From the NCBI GenBank assembly GCA_024405635.1, contig JAKSOL010000011.1, positions 1 through 64,000 of the forward strand: a stretch of DNA of 64,000 nucleotides, in the 5' to 3' direction. The notes under the pieces were generated by a model, which was not told the DNA's origin, did not search any database, and saw nothing but the letters and a program-made list of their open reading frames with translations. Below, one piece after another: positions 61,401-64,000 of the stretch (positions are counted from its first letter, which is position 1; each line of letters opens with the position of its first letter). Made by a program: the position numbers and the translations under genes. This DNA is from Salinivirgaceae bacterium (GTDB lineage Bacteria > Bacteroidota > Bacteroidia > Bacteroidales > SZUA-534).

Positions 61401-64000
61401 GTGTAATCACTAAATCGTGGATAGTTATCGGCACCTTTTGCATAAACACGCGAATTTTCTAAATGATCAAAAACTCCAGGGCCTGTAATTGTGTAAACAT
61501 CAAGATCAACATAATATGAACTGATAGTGAGGTTTCCATTTACATTTATATCGCCTCGCAAATATTTGTATTGATTGTCGGTGGCCGAACGCCTACCAAA
61601 TTCAAGATTATGGAAATTACTTGCGTATAGGTATTGTGTACCTCCATCGAATACAATTGTACCTGTACCCACATAGTTGCCGGCTCCAGACCAACAATAT
61701 CCACGGAAGTGGTGTGTGTTACCGCCATCGTTAAATGTGGCACTGGCATCAATTAATACATTACCTTTAATTTCGAGTTCGCAACCTGGAGCTACACTCA
61801 ATGTAGCACCTGCATCAACCCAAAGTGTTGAATATGTTCCTAACTCGTTGTTACTTAGAGTATTGTTTGTGTAGTAGGTGTTAAATGTACCACTAAGTGT
61901 TTTTGTACCGCTTTCAGAGAATTTTACACGGTTAAAGTTTCCATTTACAATGGTTTGGTCGGCTCCACAGAACTTAACCCAACCTGTATTAATTGAACTA
62001 TTGAATTGTCCTTCGTCTGCAATTTTGTAGTTACCTTTAATATTATATGTGTAACTGCTGGTTGCTGGTGTAACTTTTCCTCTGTTTATTGTAAAGTTTC
62101 CATCAAAATTGATTGTTGTACCAATGAGTGAGAAGGTTGCACCGCCATTAAATTCAACATTGTTAAAGTTTGATTTGCGAGGAGTGATGTTTACGTTGCC
62201 TGATTCTCCATCAAAACTAACAGTACTGTTGTTTGCAATAAAGTGACCGTGGCTTGCTATGGTCCAAGCATTTGCAACTTTTATACAAACGTCATCTTCA
62301 ACCGAGAATACACCACCGTCGCCAATGTTTACCGAGCCGTATATGTTAAACTCGCGGATTCCGCGTTCAATTGACAACATACCGTTAGTCAATGTTAAAT
62401 CTTTACACTCAGCACCCTCTTTATAAATAGCAGGAGCGTTGGTAGCCATTGGAATTACTACTGATTTGTCGCGGTTTGGACAAATTGCTGGCTGCCAGTT
62501 TTGAGGATTGAACCAATCTGAACTTACTTTACCTGTCCATGTAATAACCGATACAGTAGGCCAATTTATTTTATCGGCAAGGTCGCATTCGTAAGTTTCG
62601 CCTCCCAATATGCCGTTAATTTGCCCATCGAATGTAATTGCATTTTCTAAGGTTTCGCTTCGTTTTACGTTATAGTGATAACCAACGGTTGGGGTGCCTC
62701 CATGGTTAAACACAACATCAACAATTGGTGGCAATTCATAGTCAATGTTTAAATCGAGATAATAGAATTTGTCATAAACAGTAACCTTATCAACAGGGCT
62801 GGTGAATGTTTTACTTGTGTACATGTTTGACCAAATACCTGAGCTAAAGTTGTAATCGTTGTTTACACGAGCACCTGGCATAACCACCAAACCTTGTGGT
62901 GCCAAATACTGAATGTGATAGTACTTGGCTGCAATTTCGCCTCCTGGGTGAATGTTTATTTCGGTACCACGGCCATCGTAGCCAACTGAGCGACCAATAA
63001 TAGCATAGTCGCTAGAGCTACCTACAACTGTTAGTTTACCATAAACATCAAGGTGGGTATTACCATCGTATTGGTTAAACTGCAACGATGCACGCTCGTT
63101 AATGTTAAGTTCGCCGCCTACTTCAACTACAATGCTCTCGCCGTCGGTTACATAAGGAGCTTCAACCATATCGGGGTCGTTGTCGCCTGCTATCATAATA
63201 TTGCTATTAAGCAACACTTTAGCACCACGACCAATGGTCATGCTCTCTTTGAAACCAAGTTGGTCAAGTTGAGCAAATGTAGCATCCTCGGTGTTAGTTT
63301 GGTTAAACTTAACCACATTGAAGTACGATGTGTTTGTCTTTATGGTTTTGCTTGCTACACTTGGCGACTCAAACAACACTGTACCATCGTATGAGTAAAA
63401 CGAACCGTTGTTTTCCCAGTTTCCGTTTACTGTAATGGTGTAAGCATTGCTACCAGAACGGCAGGTGCGGAAACCAATACCTTCGTCAACAGTAAGATTG
63501 TTTACTGTAATGTCGCCATTCATCCATTTTGTACTAGTATTTGCAAAACGAATGTCTTGACAAGTTAAAGCAGGAATATCTTGGTCGCCAGCGCGGTCAA
63601 ATGTCAAATTTGCCAACTCGGTGCGCCATGTGCAATTGTCGCCCAAAGCTATTTGTGCCGATGCTATGGTATGCGATAATGCGCCCATGTCAAGTGTGGC
63701 ATTTGCTCCAATTGTAAATGTGCCATTGCCAATATCAAGACCATTGCCCGAAATTGTTACATCGGCATTTGGAGCAACGTTGAGTGCATATATATTATTG
63801 GTACCCGCATTGATAGTTTGAGGTAGTTCGCCGCAGAAGTTAAACATTCCTCCATAGTGGTAAAGTTCACCATGGTTATCAATTCGTTCACCTGAGAAGA
63901 ACACATTGTCGTTTGTACTGAATTTTGAGCCTTCGTTAATGGTCAAATTACCAGTAATGTTTATGTTGGTTTCGTTAAATTCTTTAGTGCCCGAGCCTCC
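55448..64000 (-). CDS. Giant repetitive surface protein with T9SS type-A C-terminal sorting domain (5' end outside the window)
   Basis: Frame is open to the window edge (GGSGTKEFNETNINITGNLT..), at least 2,850 aa; TWTG..DW.NP.NW repeats, SYI.G...K.G..DF.FPIG twice, PLPIELVSF; CTD IVPNP...GAYIIKIT...TQIFVVQ. Confidence 0.88.
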   Translation of the reverse strand, partial: GGSGTKEFNETNINITGNLTINEGSKFSTNDNVFFSGERIDNHGELYHYGGMFNFCGELPQTINAGTNNIYALNVAPNADVTISGNGLDIGNGTFTIGANATLDMGALSHTIASAQIALGDNCTWRTELANLTFDRAGDQDIPALTCQDIRFANTSTKWMNGDITVNNLTVDEGIGFRTCRSGSNAYTITVNGNWENNGSFYSYDGTVLFESPSVASKTIKTNTSYFNVVKFNQTNTEDATFAQLDQLGFKESMTIGRGAKVLLNSNIMIAGDNDPDMVEAPYVTDGESIVVEVGGELNINERASLQFNQYDGNTHLDVYGKLTVVGSSSDYAIIGRSVGYDGRGTEINIHPGGEIAAKYYHIQYLAPQGLVVMPGARVNNDYNFSSGIWSNMYTSKTFTSPVDKVTVYDKFYYLDLNIDYELPPIVDVVFNHGGTPTVGYHYNVKRSETLENAITFDGQINGILGGETYECDLADKINWPTVSVITWTGKVSSDWFNPQNWQPAICPNRDKSVVIPMATNAPAIYKEGAECKDLTLTNGMLSIERGIREFNIYGSVNIGDGGVFSVEDDVCIKVANAWTIASHGHFIANNSTVSFDGESGNVNITPRKSNFNNVEFNGGATFSLIGTTINFDGNFTINRGKVTPATSSYTYNIKGNYKIADEGQFNSSINTGWVKFCGADQTIVNGNFNRVKFSESGTKTLSGTFNTYYTNNTLSNNELGTYSTLWVDAGATLSVAPGCELEIKGNVLIDASATFNDGGNTHHFRGYCWSGAGNYVGTGTIVFDGGTQYLYASNFHNLEFGRRSATDNQYKYLRGDINVNGNLTISSYYVDLDVYTITGPGVFDHLENSRVYAKGADNYPRFSDYTATTTSYTYYTGAVDQVIRAATYGYLYLSSTTTKTLEGDITILKDLTFNENGGTLNADGKNITIGQNWNNRTNGTFIPGTGTVFFNGNTNQYVYLGTQVENPFYDINISQVVGATKIYVYFYTTDVIIKGSLTINSGNMYCYNGYNVYLSGDMMVIGSGSIYQTGIYHFIKPNGECMIRTNGSKIREAVINGENCSFKLADDLEIVTNFTLQAGKFYQNGNDVKFGDGYDNVNIFGKYYMQAGETMRLSDQTTVAVKNGGLISIIGTQSNYANITSITTGRYFFVVENGGNIAIQNYSFSNLAKTGVLISQGAKIDDYYNFSNGVFTGMVSGGACIDFRNNQEFYGDRESGGNRIENISFPQNPGGGCVNIKKTESSTGKIEMYNATGLLSGAKFENDTYNLVDWTGDVTLTWTGARNDDWFNPANWTSSDGAERIPDEHSIVVIPRSRGGFLPYIKKQGAITKGLTVEANGMLFINNNVKDTIALTVLSDVTLNGTIQSSGSYDNIDVFGSWALGTYGTFIPNAEGLGTISFLGVGAKNIQQRSSKFNNLVINNNGIVQILSKTSINGNLTIENGTLDVTSSNYEIVLGGSFINNGNFVARSAAITFTGTSGNIINSGRSSFYNMNLNGGDYHLDSDLHIDHILSINAGSLSATANTIYLGDGTGADKADINGKLYLSSDATLAVGANAAINVMSGGLLSAIGEENHEAIFCSQENNKYYSITINAGGEMQASYYKVSNINVNGVCFKEGSILSTDQTRNLSNGQFIGGQPGGQYLTFENSFSGTINLVNLFFNKGPRYNVSRNESATTGVINVVDAIGVVAGYYFENDNSSATTGAVTWSYTSAVLYWVGGNHWGGDEVSAVDPRGNRWDNANNWDNQLGSGGVPNEDTRVFIPDVSAGSNIYPVLAAGTDNSAQSIDVYPGATLTIGGGMDLNVLNSLSIAENATFVASDGINPSTITIGAQLSNNGHFDHGGSSTVVWKSSVNRNIEMNGNSFYNFEVNNVGASQVTFTLEPGFDMEIENDFVISGGIVDCNGTTLIIGGNFEKTSGEFRHGRGTVKLNGAAAQQISSNNDLTFYNLIISGSGAKTINPNITILGDFSPWADIQVPTADIMVKGGWLGSARGGYANNFHGGTGKVIFCGTANQSITKAETFTNLVFNSTASTPAFTATQAITITNSLELIDGVLKGNTSNPVKLLAGCTITGASQQSYINGKVEKVGSDDFIFPIGSSDRYAPIGVSDLGTATTLSAQYFNSSPSNIDKMDRMINRLSGKEYWTINRTSGSAVPKVSLYWLDSDYSEIADVDVISVSRYNETVGKWQTQGEQEDQDVHSIPEGGDYSAGYVATENPVEGFGAFTFGYTYPTIKWNVASTTTDYENGSSWVMNKPNYAPNSTTNVLIPAIADNQKHPIITNNVSACYDLIVEAGGKFELAAGKTFTVHGNASIAEGAELILGEGSTIIFSRDVDAGNATVSAAHASTVKISTEYEQNVAINECYNIVLSGGKNAREVAYKTLTSDIVVKGSLTLGTNTNLYAGSNTISLYGNWSTSGRFECQTSTLVLCGSTDGTTPQTITETRKFYNLTIHDHLEPEEPRVLLTTNSQVKIEHTLDLVNGIVRTSAGKEISMESTSTLRNGGIKSYIDGSMQKTGSTDFVFPIGSDGIYAPIGIWGLTGGTSATFAAQYSSGGHARMEVDQSNGMFRAGVIEYWSLSRSGSGNPYITLYWQDTARSQISDHEKLCVAVAEDSKWKNKGRTSSQLNGDLTGFVKSASKISFVPPYGSKAATPTPITFGSLDADVNPLPIELVSFNVSARGTNDAIVEWETATEHNNHHFSVEHRFASTIDTVATVASLGETESGFNYSCFILNQTNGTHYYRLLQTDNDGTTRVSSDWVSVTFGSQTQQLNLSIVPNPGKAEQIKFTISGVTGEFTYTVCNAYGATIISKTAMVTDSVVELSAADWNLTQGAYIIKITTSNNSLTQIFVVQ

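Overview
Bacteroidota chromosome segment, most likely Bacteroidales (about 40% GC by eye, TAnnTTTG promoters, a T9SS cargo gene). It is mostly housekeeping: five aminoacyl-tRNA synthetases (leuS, ileS, metG, cysS, asnS), Met/SAM-cycle genes (ahcY, metX, metK) with a SAM-I and a SAM-II(long-loop) riboswitch, panCD, radA, recF-dciA, menI/F/D, TatD, an S41 protease and a dCMP deaminase. Two accessory blocks sit directly behind aaRS genes. (1) After ileS (about 31.4-45.4 kb): an HTH-Fic gene, a four-gene exported module (small FecR-like protein, TPR-CHAT caspase-like protease, PD40-OmpA protein, 727-aa unknown) and a convergent beta-propeller/PP2C sensor. A 41-bp, 38/41-identical copy of ileS coding sequence lies at the far end of this block, and no integrase is visible. 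(2) After cysS (about 50.8-53.5 kb): a (CAATTGA)5 repeat and a TlpA plus AAA/DUF4143 ATPase pair bracketed by two copies of a 57-58-bp double-palindrome element. The window ends inside a repetitive T9SS surface protein of at least 2,850 aa. I saw no rRNA, tRNA, CRISPR array, transposase or integrase. All calls are by-eye motif recognition; no database searches were run.
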